Assembly: GCF_009914755.1 (NCBI RefSeq)
Contig: NC_060930.1
DNA length: 64,000 bases
From: the human T2T-CHM13v2.0 reference genome, Homo sapiens
Direction: 5' to 3' (one strand)
The notes beneath the pieces were generated by a model. That model searched no databases. It saw nothing but the letters and a program-made list of their open reading frames with translations, and had not been told where the DNA came from. The translations under genes and the position numbers were made by a program. Positions 39,022 to 52,525 of the stretch are shown in pieces (within the stretch, counting starts at the first letter, position 1; the number at the start of each line of letters is the position of its first letter).

Positions 39022-41318
39022 AGGGTTCAGGCATTGCATGCTTGCATTCCAAATGGGAGAAATTGGCCAAAACAAAGGGGCTACAGGCCCCTTGCAGATC
39101 TGAAACCCATCAGGGCAGCCATTAAGTCTTAAAGCTCCAAAATCTACTCTGACTTCCTGTCTCACATCCAGTCAACAGTGATGCAAGGTGCATGCTCCCA
39201 AGGCCTTGGGCAGCTCTAACCCTGTGGCTTTGCAGGGTACACCACCATTGGCTGCTTTCAGGAGCTGGTATTGAATGTCTGCAGTTTTTCCAGACACACA
39301 GTGTAAGCAGTCAATGGATACAGCATTCTGGAGTCTGGGGGATGGTGGCCCTCTTCTCATAGCTCCACTAGGCCATGCCCCAGTGGGGACTCTCTGTGGG
39401 GGTTCCAACCAACCCTACATTTCCCCTCTGAACTGCCCTAGTAGAGGTTCTCCATGAAAGTTCCATCCCTGCAGCAGTCTTCTGCCTAGACTTCCAGCCA
39501 TTTCCATATATCCTCTAAAATCTAGGCAGAAGCTCCCAAACCTCAGCTCTTGCCTTCTGTGCACCTGCAGGCCCAACACCACATGGAAATTTCCATTTCC
39601 ATATATCCTCTGATATCTAGGCAGAGGCTCCCAAACCTCAGCTTCTTGCCTTCTGTGGACCCGCAGGCCCAACACCACTTGGAAGCTTCCAAGGTAGGGC
39701 TTGCACCCTCTGAAACAATGGCCTGATCTGTAACTTGGTCCCTTTTAGACCTGTCTGGAGCTAGAGCAGCTGGGGTGCAAGGTGCCATGTACCAAGGCTG
39801 CACAGAGCAGTGGGGCTCTGAGTCCAGCCCAGGAAACCATTTTTCCCTCCTATGCCTCCAGGCCTGTGATGGGAGGGGCTGCTATGAAGATCCCTGAAGT
39901 GTCTTGCAGATTTTTTTCCCCATTGTCTTTGCTATTAATATTTGGGTCCTCTTTGCTTATGTAAATTTCAGCAGCTGGCTTGAATTTATCCTCCAGAAAT
40001 GGGTTTTCTTTTCTACCTCATGGTCAGGCTACAAATTCTCCTAACATTTATGCTCTGCCTCCCTTTTAAATATAAGTTCTAATTTCAGACCATCTCTTTC
40101 TTCACACATGAGTGTACACTTTTACAAACATCCAGGTCAAATCTTGAGTGCTTTTCTGCTTAGAAATTTCTTCTGCCAGATACCTTAAACCATCTCTCTG
40201 AAGTTCAAAGTTCCACAGATCTCTAGGGCCATCAGAGATCTGGTGGGAACTGGAGTAAAGGTCACTTGTGCTATGCTTTAGCAACTGCCACCACTCTCTT
40301 TGCAAAAGCATAGCACAAGTGACCTTTACCGTAGTTCCCAATAAGTTTCTCCTCTCCATCTGAGATCACCTCAACTTGGACTTCACTGTCCAAATCACTT
40401 TGAACATTTTGGTCAAAACCATTCAACAAGTCTCTAGGAAGTTCCAAACTTTCCCACATCTTCCTCTTTTTCAGAGCCTTTCAAAATGTTCCAACCTCTG
40501 CCCATAACTCAGTTCCAAAGTCATTTCCACATTTTCAGGTATCTTTATAGCAGTGCCCCATTCTCAGGACCAATTTTCTATATTGGTTTGTTCTTACACT
40601 GCTATAAACAACTACCTTGAGACTGGGTAATTTATAAAGAAAAGAGGTTTTATTGACTCGCAGTTTTGCAGGCTTAACAAGAAGTATGACTGGGAGACCT
40701 CAGGAATCTTACAATCATGGTAGAAGGTGAGGGGCCAGCAAGCATGTCTTACCATGGCAGAGGAGAGGAAGAGCAGAGTGGGAGATGTCACACACTTTTA
40801 AACCATCAGATCTCATGAGAATTCACTATCATGAGAACAGCAAGGGGGAAATCTGTCCCCATGATCTAATCACCTCCCACCAGGCCCTTCTTCCAATTTG
40901 ACATGAGATTTGGGTGGGAGTACAAATCCAAACCACATTATCCATCTTAATTTTTGTATATGGTGTAAGGAAGGAGTCCATTTCTGCATATAGCTAGTCA
41001 GTTATCCCAGCACCATTTATTGAATAGGGACCCTTTCCCCACTGCTTCTTTTTGTCAGGTTTGTCAAAGATCAGATAGTTGTAGGTGTGTGGTCTAATTT
41101 CTGGGTTCTATAGAGTGTTCCACTGGTCTATCTGTCTGTTTTTGTACCAGTACCACACTATTTTGGTTTCTGTAACCTGACTTCAAACTATACTACAGGG
41201 CAACATTATGCCTCTGGCTTTGTTCTTTTTGTCTAGGATGAACTTGGCTATTTGGGCTCTTTTTGTTAACTAGATATTGCTATTTTAAAAAATAAAAGTT
41301 TTGAAAACTCTGAAGTAG

Positions 41319-41615
41319 TTTTTTTTTTTTGAGACAGTCTTACTCTGTCACCCTGTGTGGAGTACAGTGATGTGATGATGGCTCACTGAAGCCTCTGACC
41401 TCCCGAGCTCATGTGATTCTCCTGCCTCAGTCTCCTGAATAACTGGAACTACAGATGTGTGCCACCATGCCCAGCTAATTTTTAAATTATTTTTTTGTAG
41501 AGACAAGGTCTTGCTATGTTGTTCAGGCTGATCTTGAACTTCTGGCCTCAAGCCATCCTTCTGCATTAGCCTCCCAAAGTGCTGGGATTATAGGCATGAG
41601 CCACTGCACTCTCCT
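41319..41615 (-). mobile_element. AluJ
   Basis: Diverged Alu dimer with poly-T; aagtagt flanks. Confidence 0.92.
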
Positions 41616-43309
41616 AAAGTAGTAGTATTTTCATTATTTGTCATAGAAAGAAAAAAAGGAGATAGATGAGAAGCAGAGATGTCATTAGAATAAACCTGAT
41701 ATCCCGAGCATAATTCTACTTATTCCACTGCATAGGATTTAAGAAGAAAACTTTAATAACATAAATAAGAACTGTGTACTTTAAACCAAAACTAACATTA
41801 TACTCAGTAATAAAACAATAGAAACATTCTCATTAACATTAGGAACTTGCTATTATCATATTTTAAATGGCTCTGAAATCCTGTGGCAGTTCAGTAAAAC
41901 AAGAAGAAGAAATAAAATGTATGGATCTCAAAAAGCATAAACTATTTCCATTATTTATATAAAACATGTATATGTATTTAGAACATTAATTATATATATC
42001 TAGAAATCCCAAGGAAATCAAGTGAAAAAATATTTTAGCATTAATAAAGCACTCCTGTATATATGATGCAAATGAGCTATTAATAATTTCCCTTTATAAT
42101 CCTAACAAAGTACAAAATATTGTGGAAAAACATTCCAGTCAACATATCAATATAAACTATAAAATACCCACAAATAATCTTTGAAAAAATGTGTGGGGCC
42201 TATCTATTCTTAAATAACATGAGATAGCATATCACAATCCTACACATGCAGATTATTTTGATCATTCAATTTTTCCTATATTAATTCATAGAATTAATAA
42301 TCTCCAGTCCAAAATGTATTTGAAATTTAACAAGGTGATCCTAAATTTCATTTGGAGGAAATCAAGACTGATGTTAAAAAGAAAATGTGAAAAGACGATT
42401 AAAAATGAGATGGTCATGGACATTCTAGATATAAAAATACACTATGAATAATTGATAAAATATTGTCTTTGTCCTGGGATTGAACTATAACTTCTTCCTC
42501 CCTCCCCACAAAATACAACATTTCCACATATTTAGCAGCATAAATATTAAACGAAAGAGAAAACAAAAATCTAAGCAAGAAAGAAAAATTGTTTATTATA
42601 TGGTGATAGCAATATAAAGTTATTATTTAAGGAAAAGAATATCTTGCTTCATGTCATGCTCCAAATTATATCCTAGATTGTCATTAAATTCAAACTTCAC
42701 AAAAAATTAAAATACATTATAGTTGAATATCTAATATAAGAGTGTAAATAGACTTTCTAAGCATAAAGGTATGAAAGAAAGCACAAGGAAAAATTCAATA
42801 GATGTGGTTATATAATATTTTTAATCTTTTTTACCTCTTCAAGTAAGAAACTTTGAAACATCATTTGCCCAAATATGGTAGACAAAGTTTACTGTTCTTA
42901 TTATGTGAAGAGCTCATACAAATGATACTCAACCACAAAATCCCCAAAAGAATAAGTGGCAATAGGCATGAAAAGAAAATTTATAGAAGTAACTTAAATG
43001 TTTGATAAATATTAAATATTTTGTCTCAATAATAAAAGAGAAGCAAATTGATATGATAAACTACGATATTTTATTTATCAAAATTAACAAAGCTTTACTT
43101 AAGTACTATTATTTAATATCAGAAAGCCTAATGTAGCATTTGTCCTCTTATACACTGATAGAAGGTTTTTATTGCCAGATATTTTGGGGGGAAATGACTG
43201 GATAGCATTCATTTATATATTTATGTGCTGAGAACTAGTACTTGCATTTCTAATCCACTAAGTAAATTATACATTCAGACACAATTGTATGCTATTTACA
43301 GTAGCTCTT

Positions 43310-43862
43310 TTACCACATTTTGCTGCATAACAAATTACCACAAATTTAGCAGCTTTGTAACACCTGTTTAATAGCTCACAGTTCTGTAGGTCAGAGTCCT
43401 GGCATGATGTGCCCGGATCCTCTGCCCAAGGTTGAAATCAAGGTGTTCTCAAGGCTGCACGCTTTTCTGGAAGCCCTGTGAACAAATCCACTTCCAAGCT
43501 CAGTCATGTTGCTGGTACAATGCAATTCCTTGCAGTTAGAGAGCAGTCCCTTTACCTTGCTGGCTGCCCCCAGAACCAGGCAGCTTCTAGAGGCCCTGTC
43601 CATCTTCGAAGCTTGCATGAGTGCACAGAAACCTTCATGGCCTTTTAATCTCTGTGATTTCCCCTTCTGCCACCAGCCAAAGTAAACTCTACACCTAAAG
43701 GGGCTCATGTGATTAGAATAGGCCCACCTGGATAATCTTATCTTAAAGTCAGCTGTGCCATATACATAACAAATTCCTGCAAATGGTATCACATCATCTT
43801 CACAGGTTCCAACAATTTTGGTCAAGGAGACTTGGGGGGCCACTTAGAGTTCTGCTTGACAT
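43310..43862 (-). mobile_element. MLT1E-like LTR
   Basis: 'gctgcataacaaattaccacaaatttagcagctt', 'ggcccacctggataatct'. Confidence 0.8.
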
Positions 43863-44087
43863 AGACATAGTGCATTATTTTTATTAGTAAAATTTAGGAA
43901 ACAAGTTGGTTCATAACACTGGAATACTCAAACCATGATCTATCTATATTTTAGAATATTAGAAAGCCATAAAAGCTGATGCCTTCAAACAATAATTATT
44001 ACCTGGAGAATGTACTCAAAATATAATGTTAAATTGAAAAGAAGAAACAAACTTCCTAAAATACATAAAATTAAGATGCTATAATCA

Positions 44088-44101
44088 AATATATATATGT
44101 G

Positions 44102-44134
<33 letters not shown>

Positions 44135-44149
44135 ATATATAGAGAGAGA
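44088..44149. repeat. (TA)n(TG)n(GA)n compound microsatellite
   Basis: Visible directly. Confidence 0.95.
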
Positions 44150-44865
44150 CTTATTGGCTATTTTTAGAATCTAATAAAAGTTATACATCTTTTCCCCAAG
44201 AAAACATAGGTATACACAGAAGATTGAATATAAAGTAGATTGTCCACAGGGTCCCTAGAGATTCCAGGTTAAGAACCCATAACTAATTATATGTGTCTCT
44301 AAAGGTAATATTAAAGGCAATACAGTCTCCTATGTTCACTTTAATAATCAGGTATTGTAGACAGCACCCCACTCTGTGTTCCTGCAGGCAGTCTTTTATC
44401 TTATTCTTATCACTCAGTATTTCTGGAAATCACCAGGGAAGGCTTCCAAGTCTACTTTCATTGTCCTTTGCTACCTCTTGCTCTAGACTTCTGATCTAAG
44501 CTTCTTGGTACCTGGTAACCATTTTTTGGGTGCACAATTAAAGCTGCCTTCAAATGTAATGAGCCACAGATGCAAACACAGCCTCCTTCTTGCATTCCTT
44601 GAAAGCTCAGTTAACCTAGGCCATAGAGTCTGACTAAATTGTATAAAAGACTAGATAATGTAAATATGCTACAAAGCAAAACACAAAACTCTGAGGTTGT
44701 CAGATGCCTCTCTTCCTCAAGCTATTGGCCATGTACCTATTCAGGGCATCCCAGACATAACATCTCACAGGTCATCTTGCTCCTGAACTTGGCCTGCAAA
44801 CATGTCCAAGGTGTCCTCTTATTTCTCAGAAAGGAGTCTCTTTAGTCCTGTCTTCGTTCTTCTAG

Positions 44866-45463
44866 TGCTATAGGAGTTAAGAAGAAATCACTTAGGCAGA
44901 TAGTAGGGGTATGGGAGTCCTTGGTAAGGCTTTTCTTTTTAATGAAAAGCAGCCCCAAATCATTTTCTAACAAAGAGTAGCCTGTAAAGTCGAGCTGCAG
45001 ACATAAGCAAGCTGGAAGCTTGCTCAGTGAATGCCGGCAGGAACTAGGGACTAGGCATGTTCAAGATGGGGGCTCCATCTTCCCTTCTCTGCCCTCCACG
45101 TGTGTAGTAAGGAGCAGACAAGATGGCCCTAGCCAAGGGTAGAATTTGTTTGCATAAGATTAGGGTGGGGGGACCAGCCTTCCCCAAATGCTACCTAAAC
45201 AACACACCTGATGGAACCAATCTGTGAGCCCTATGTAAATCAGACACCACCTCCTCAAGCCGGACTACAAAATCCGGTGCATCCACTGCCGGCTGGTCTT
45301 TCCACTTGGAAATCCCCTCTCTCAACAGAGAGCTGTTGTTCTTTCTCTTCTTCTGCCTATTAAACCTCCACTCCTAAGCTCCTCATGTGTGTCCGTGTCC
45401 TAAATTTTCCTGGCACCAGATGACTAACCCTAGGTACATACCCCAGACAACATAGCCACTTCA
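44866..45463 (+). mobile_element. LTR9/MER61-like ERV1 solo LTR
   Basis: TG...CA ends, 'ggagttaagaagaaatcacttaggcagatagt', perfect TSD ctag (44862-44865, 45464-45467). Confidence 0.8.
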
Positions 45464-47564
45464 CTAGGAACTAGCATACTACTTGGCCCTCCCTAGAAGC
45501 ATTCCTCTTCTCTTCCAATTCAAGATTCATTTCCTTTTCTCTTGTCCCACGTCCTGAACAACATGGCACACTATTTAACTTTTTAAAAGAATATAGCCAG
45601 GATGAGACAGGGAGTCAACAGTGAACTTTCCAAACTCTTGGCTATTCAGTTGGTTAGATGTGCCATTCAGGGGACGCTGTCCAGTGGTTGTAGCTCTATA
45701 CCCAAGCTGGTTGTTGTCCTGTTGGTAGTCTCTAACCTTGTCAAGGTAAGGGGAATATAGGTTGTTCTGTCTTTCCTGATAGGCCAGGCTTACAACATGC
45801 TTTGAGCACACCCTTCCTAAAAACAAGCAGTATTTCTTAGACAGTCACTATTAATCACATTTAGAAAAAATTTCTACAAATAATCTGCTAAAATATATTA
45901 ATCCAACATGTAATACTAAGCAAATAACAGCACAGTCTCAAGCCTTTCATTTGGACTATTTAACTTGCTTACAACATTCACTGGAAAAAGGGAGGCCTAA
46001 TTAAGGAAAACCTGAATTATACAGTCCTGACTAAAAGTACCCCACAGAAATGTTTCTTTCAGAGCAAAGACAGGGCCTAACCCAAACTTTAGTTTCCACT
46101 ATACAGAACAAAACATGTGTGAGAAATCAATACTTCATCATTAGCAACAGTAAAAACATACTGACAACTTCAAAGTAGTAGTTTATCTTTGTTCCACAAA
46201 CATACTCATTTAAAGGAATATACTAAAAGAAAATACACAGGAAAATACAGGTATCATTTTCTGGCTTTTAAGTTTACTCATACATATTTTTAATATTACT
46301 TATAAATATATTCATGTAAGAATATACTGGTTAAAATCAATACAGACACTGAGTCTGGCTTAATTATTATGTAAATACAATATTTCCAGTGATAACCATA
46401 CTTTCTAGGATAAATTATACTTTCACTGTATTTAAACTGAAAAAACACTAATTCTTCCAATGTAAACAAGCACTATTTCAGAATAAAAGAGCAGTCACAA
46501 ATCTGAGATTGTTTACTTCAAAATGAAAATACCTAAAGATTAGTCAACTACTTGTGATAAGAAACAAGAGTGGCCAAAACGATTTATGCAAACCTAGTAC
46601 TAATAATTTATCAGCTACATTTTGACATTGTGAATACAATTGCTCTGTGCATCAACTAATGTGACAAGAGGAAGATGTGAATGTTTTCTTAATTCAGAAA
46701 CATATTCTGATGAAGAAATTATTTAAATACAAGTTTTAAATAAACTATTAAAATAACAGGAATATGAATAGGTTCACCTAGCTGAGCAACAGAAAATGCA
46801 ATCCGGAATGAGCAACTTACTGTTTATATGCTTACTCTTGATGATGAGCATTCCATATTCTAGGTTATATTTAACATATAAGGCAGTTTCTCAGGATGAT
46901 AAGGAGAAGGACTTCATTTTAAACCAGCTAACTACCTCACAAGGGAAACCACTGTAGAGCCAATGTAAAATAGTGTCATTCTTTAAATCATGAAGTCATG
47001 ATTTTTGAGTCAAGGATACAAGAGAGAGCACTCAACAAGACTGTATCTCTCAGGAAGTCCTATATTTTAGAAAAAATATGAGAATAGAGTTTTAGATTCT
47101 TTTGTAGTTTATCATCTTAATTTTTATTTATATCCCCAAGGGGCCAATTACTAAATAAAATCTGTTGTTCAGGAGTTTGCCCTGAAGTAGTTAAGGAGCT
47201 GAGCAGGGAGAATATTAACAGCTCCATCCTCAGGGTACAAATAGTAGCATGTAAATCTGAGGATAGATTGGTTTTATGAGGTGAAGCAAGGGAACAATCC
47301 ATTGGAAGAGCACTTTACACCAACTTTCAAGAATACAGTTGAAGAATAAGCCCTTGAATTTATGTGACTCCAGCTCTCTAGTTTCAATGAACCTGTTTCC
47401 ATTTCTATAAGTTTAATCACACTGTGATATTTTACTGTTAACAGATTTGTTCAAGCAAAAATAACATCGCTTGGTTAACTACAGACATAGCACTCACTGG
47501 TAACCATTCTTCTGGTTTGAACTTATTATTTCAATGAACACCTAGTAACCCTAGTAATAGATCA

Positions 47565-48410
47565 TTTTTTAAAAAAAAACACTTGGCTTTAGTGCATAAA
47601 CAATATTTTTTAAATAGTGCTTAATTTTTTAATAGACAATGTGCTCATATGATTCAAGAATCAAAACACAGAATGAGTATTTGGTATACAGTCTTTCTCC
47701 ACTTTGTCCCCAACCACCTATTTCCCCTTTCTGGAAACAAACAATGTTATCAGTGGTATCCTTTCACAAACATTTTAGCAAGTGCCTATCTGTATATACT
47801 TTTATATACTCCCTCTTTCTACCTTTTTCGGACAAATGGTAGAAGAATGTAAATGTTTCACATTTTGTACATGTGTGTTTAATTAACAATACATCTTGAA
47901 ACATATTTCATATCAACACACAAAAGGTGTCCTCATTCTTAAGAGATGCTTAATAATCTATTGGATACATAGACAATAGTTTAACCAGTACTCTATTGTC
48001 AGACCAGTGGTTTGCAATATTTTGCTATGTCAAATACTACCGTAATATATAACCTTGCATTTTCATCATCTTGCATGCTTATAAACAAATTTGTAGAACA
48101 AATTATGGTCTTCTGGAGCATTTTTAAGCTTTCATCAAAGATTGTATATGATTCTTGGTTCTTGGGTATTAAAGATTGTACTCCTAGGCATTTTCGCTTT
48201 CTACTGCTACACTTTTGTTATATCTCTAATGCTTGTATTTTTGAGTTCTATTCATCTCTGTATTTCAATTGTGTATCCATTTATCTTTCTGAATTTTCTT
48301 ATTGTTTGTCATATAGTTTTTAGGTTGACTCTTTTGGGTTTTTATAGATATGTATCATATTATCTGTAAAACAATAGTAATTTCATCTCCCTCTTTCCAA
48401 TATTTATACT
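47565..48410 (-). mobile_element. Ancient L1ME fragments
   Basis: 'ttaacaatacatcttgaaacatatttcatatca', 'ttgcaatattttgctat'. Confidence 0.55.
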
Positions 48411-51400
48411 TCATTTCAATAGTTTGGGGGGTAAAAGTGGTTTTTGATTACATGGATAAGTTCTTTCGTGATGATTTCTGTGATTTTGGTGCACCCATCA
48501 CCCAAGAAGTATACACTGTATCCAGTATGTACTCTTTTATTCCTCACCCACCTCCTTGGAGGGTGGAGTCCTTCCCTGCAAGTCTCCAAAGTCTATTTTA
48601 TCATTCTTATGCCTTTTCATCCTCATAGATTAGCTCCCACTTATAAGAACATACGATATTTGGTTTTCCATTCCTGAGTTAACTCACGCAGAATAATGGC
48701 TTCTAGCTCCATCCAAGTGGCTGCAAAAGACATAATTTTATTACTTTTTATGGCTAAGTAGTATTCTATAGTGTATATATACCCCATTTTCTTTATCCAC
48801 TTGTTGGTTGATGGGCATTTAGGTTGGTTCCATGTGTTTGCAATTATGAATTGTGCTGTTATGAACATGTGTGTGCATGTATCTTTTTCATATAATGACT
48901 TTTGTTTTCCTTCAGGTAGGTACCCAGTAGTGGGACTGCTGAATCAAATGGTAGTTCTACTTTTAGTTCTTTAAGGAATCTCCATAGTAAAAACCACTAT
49001 TTTCATAGTAGTTTTACTAATTTACAGTCCCACCAGCAGTGTAAAAGCGTTCCCTTTTCACCACATCCACACCAACATCTATTATTTCTTGACTTTTTAA
49101 TTATGGTCATTCTTGCAGGAGTAAGATGGCATCGCATTGTGTTTTTCATTTGCATTTCTCTGATAATTAGTGACGTTGAGCATTTTTTCCTGTTTGTTGG
49201 CTGTTTGTATATCCTTTTTTGAGAATTGCCTATCCATGTCCTTTACCCACTTTTTGATGGGATTTTTGTTGTTGTTGCTGATTTGAGTTCCTTGTATCTT
49301 CTGGATATTAGTCCTTTGTAAGATACGTAATTTGTGAATATTTTCTCTCACGCTGTTGGCTACTTATTTTGCTGTGCAGAAGTCTTCTAGTTTAATTAAG
49401 TCCCACCTATTTTATCTTTGTTCTTGTTACATATACTTTTGGGGTCTTAGTCATGAATTCTTTGCCTAGAGCAAATATCTAGAAGAGTTTTCCAATGTTG
49501 TCTTCTAGAATTTTTATTATTTCAAGACTTAAGTCTTTGCTCCATCTTGAGTTTATTTTTGTATAAGGTGAGAGATGAGAATCCAGTTTCATTTTTCCAC
49601 ATGTGGCTATTCAGTTTTTCCAGCACCATTTGTTGAATAGGTTGTCCTTTCCCTAATTTATGCTTTTTGTATGCTTCATCAAAGATCAGTTGGCTGTAAG
49701 TATTTGGTTTTATTTCTGGGTTCTCTATTCTTTTTTATTGGTCTATTTGCCTATTTTTATACAAATACTATGCTGTTTTGGTAACTATAGCCTTGCAATA
49801 TAATTTGAAGTCAAGTAATGTGATCCCTCCAGATTTGTTCTTTTTGCCCAGTATTGCTTTGGATATGTGAGCTCTTTTTTTGGTTCCATATTAATTTTGG
49901 GATTTTTTTTCTCTAGTTCTGTGGAGAAAAAAGATGGCATTTTGATGGAAATTGCATTGAATCTGTAGATTGCTTTAGACCATATGATCATTTTCACAAT
50001 ATTGATTCTACCCATCCATGAGTATGGGATGTGTTTCCATTTGTGTTATCTATGATTGTATTAGTTTGTTTTCATGCTGCTCATGAAGACATACCCAAAA
50101 CTGACAACAAAAAGAGGTATAATTGGACTTAACAGTTTCACATGGGTGGGGAGTCATCAGAATCATGGCGGGAAGTGAAAGGCACTTCTTACATAGTTGT
50201 AGCAAGAGAAAATGAGGAGACGCAAAAGCAGAAACCCCTGATAAACACATCAGATCTTGTAAGACTTATTCACTATCAGGAGAATAGCATGGGAAAGACT
50301 GGCCCCCATGATTCAATTACCTCCCCCTGGGTCCCTCCCACAACATGTAGGAATTCTGGGAGATACAATTCAAGTTGAGATTTTGCTGGGGACACAGCCA
50401 AATCCACCCTGGCCCCATCCCAAATCTCACGTCCTCACATTTCAAAACAAGTTATGCCTTCCCAACAGTCCCACAAAGTCTTAACTCATTTCAGCATTAA
50501 CCCAAAAGTCTAAATCCAAAGTCCCATCTGAAGCAAGGCAAGTCTCTTCTGCCTATGAGCCTGTGAAATCAAAAACAAGTTAGTTACTTCCTAGATACAA
50601 TGGGAGAATAGGCATTTGGTAAATACAGCCATTCCAAATGGGAGAAATTGGCCAAAACTAAGGGGCTATAGGCCCCATGCAAGTCCAAAATCCAGCAGGG
50701 CAGTCAAATCTTAACGTTCCAAAATGATCTCCTTTGACTCCATGTCTCACATCCAGGTCAGGCTGATGCAAAAGGTGAGTTCCCATGGTCTTGGGCAGCT
50801 CCAACCCTGTGGCTTTGCAAGGTACAGCCTCCCTCCCGGCTGCTTTCTCAGGCTGGCATTGAGTGTTCTGGCTTTTCCAAGTGCAGGGGGACAAGCTGTT
50901 GGTGGATCTACCGTTCTGAGGTCTAGAGGACGGTGGCCTTCTTCTCACAGCTCCACTAGGCAGTGGCCCAGTAGGGACTCTGTGTTGGGGCTCCAAACCC
51001 ACATTTCCCTTCCACACTGCCCTATCAGAGGTTCTCCATGAGGGCTCTGCCCCTGCAGCAAACTTTTTTCTGGACATCTGGAATTTCCATACATCTTCTG
51101 AAATCTAGGTGGAGTTTTCCAAACCTCAGTTCTTGACTTCTGTGCACCTGGACTTCTTAACACCACATGGAAGCTGCCAAGGCTTGGGGCTTCCACCCTC
51201 TGAAGCCGAAGTCCAAGCTGTTTGTTGGACCCTTTCAGCCATGGCTGGAGCTGCTGGGACACAGGGCATCAAGTCCCTAGGCTGCACACAGCACGGGGAC
51301 CCTGGGCCCAGCCCACAAAACCACGTTTTCCTCCTAGGCCTCCAGGCCTGTGATGAGAGGGGCTGCCATGAAGATCTCTGATATGCCCTGGAAATATTAT

Positions 51401-52525
51401 CCCCATGGTCACGGGGATTAACATTTGGATCCTTCCTACTTATGTAAATTTCTATAGCTGTCTTGAATTTCTCCCCAGAAAATGGGTTTTTCTTTTCTAT
51501 CATATAGCCTGCAAATTTTCCAGATTTTTATGCTCTGCTTCCCTTATAAAATTGAGTGCCTTTAACAGCACCTAAGTCACTTCTTGAATGCTTTGCTGCT
51601 TAGAAGTTTCTTCCACCAGATACCCTAAATCTTCTCTCTCAAGTTCAAAGTTCCACGAATCTCTAGGGCAGGGGCAAAATGCTGCCAGTCTCTTTGCTAA
51701 AACACAACAAGAGTCACCTTTCCTCCAGTTTCCAACAAGTTCTTCATCTCCATCTGAGACCACCTCAGCCTGGATTTCATTGTCCATATCACTGTCAGCA
51801 TTTTGGGCAAAGCCATTCAACAAGTCTCTAGGAAGTTCCAAACTTTTCCACATTTTTCTGTCTTCTTCTAAGCTCTCTGAACTGTTCCAACCTCTGCCTG
51901 TTACCCAGTTCCAAAGTCACTTCCACACTTCTGGGTACCTTTTCAGCAATGCTCCACTCTACTGATACCAATTTACTGTATTAGTTTGTTTTCACACTGC
52001 TGATAAAGACATACCTGAAACTGGTAACAAAAAGAGGTTTAATTAGACTTACTGTTCCACATGGCTGTGGAGGCTTCAGAATCATGGCGGGAGGTGAAAG
52101 GCACTTCTTACATGGTGGCAGCAAGAGAAAATGAGGAGAAGCAAAAGCAGAAACCACCAATAAGCCCATCAGATTTCATGAGACTTATTATTCACTATCA
52201 CAAGAATAGCACAGGAAAGACCAGCCCCCATGATTCAATTACTTCCCCCTGCATCCCTCCCACAACATGTGGGAATTCTGGGAGATACAATTCAAGTTGC
52301 AATTTGGGTGGGGACAAAACCAAACCATATCAATGATCTTTCAGTAGGGTTTTGGAGTTCTTCTTGTAGAGATTTTTGCCTCCTTGGTTAAGTATATTCC
52401 TGAGTTTTATATTTTTTCTTCAGCTGTTGTAAAAGGGGTTGAGTCTTGATTTGATCCTCTGCTTGTTTGTTGTTGGTGTATAGTGGTGCTACTGATTTAT
52501 GTACATTGATTTTGTATCCTGAATT
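48411..52525 (-). mobile_element. L1PB-like element split by a THE1 provirus
   Basis: 'ttacatggataagttcttt...gattttggtgcacccatcaccc'; ORF2 remnants (MGRINIVKM). Confidence 0.88.
50057..52332 (-). mobile_element. Complete THE1C-like provirus (LTRs about 50057-50402 and 51977-52332)
   Basis: Two similar LTRs plus internal region; TSD atgat at 50052-50056 and 52333-52337. Confidence 0.93.

Larger units (their letters stand above)
37639..40940 (-). mobile_element. Complete MSTA-like MaLR provirus (LTRs 37639-38365 and 40579-40940)
   Basis: Two LTRs plus internal region; TSD tccat at 37634-37638 and 40941-40945. Confidence 0.92.
36507..41265 (-). mobile_element. L1PA13-16-like 5'-truncated element split by an MSTA provirus
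   Basis: 3' UTR 'gtgcaggtttgttacacaggtaaacttgtgtc'; TSD ttaaccagatatt (36494-36506) / ttaactagatatt (41266-41278). Confidence 0.9.
35690..43300 (+). mobile_element. Highly decayed L1ME ORF2 in pieces (35690-36490, 41640-43300) hosting the nested stack
   Basis: 'aatgaatcatatattaggccaca', 'ctagaaatcccaaggaaatcaa', 'gatcctaaatttcatttgga'. Confidence 0.6.

Noticed and set aside
43391-43843. 150-aa ORF
   Set aside because: Lies entirely within an MLT1 LTR; no splice or domain support.
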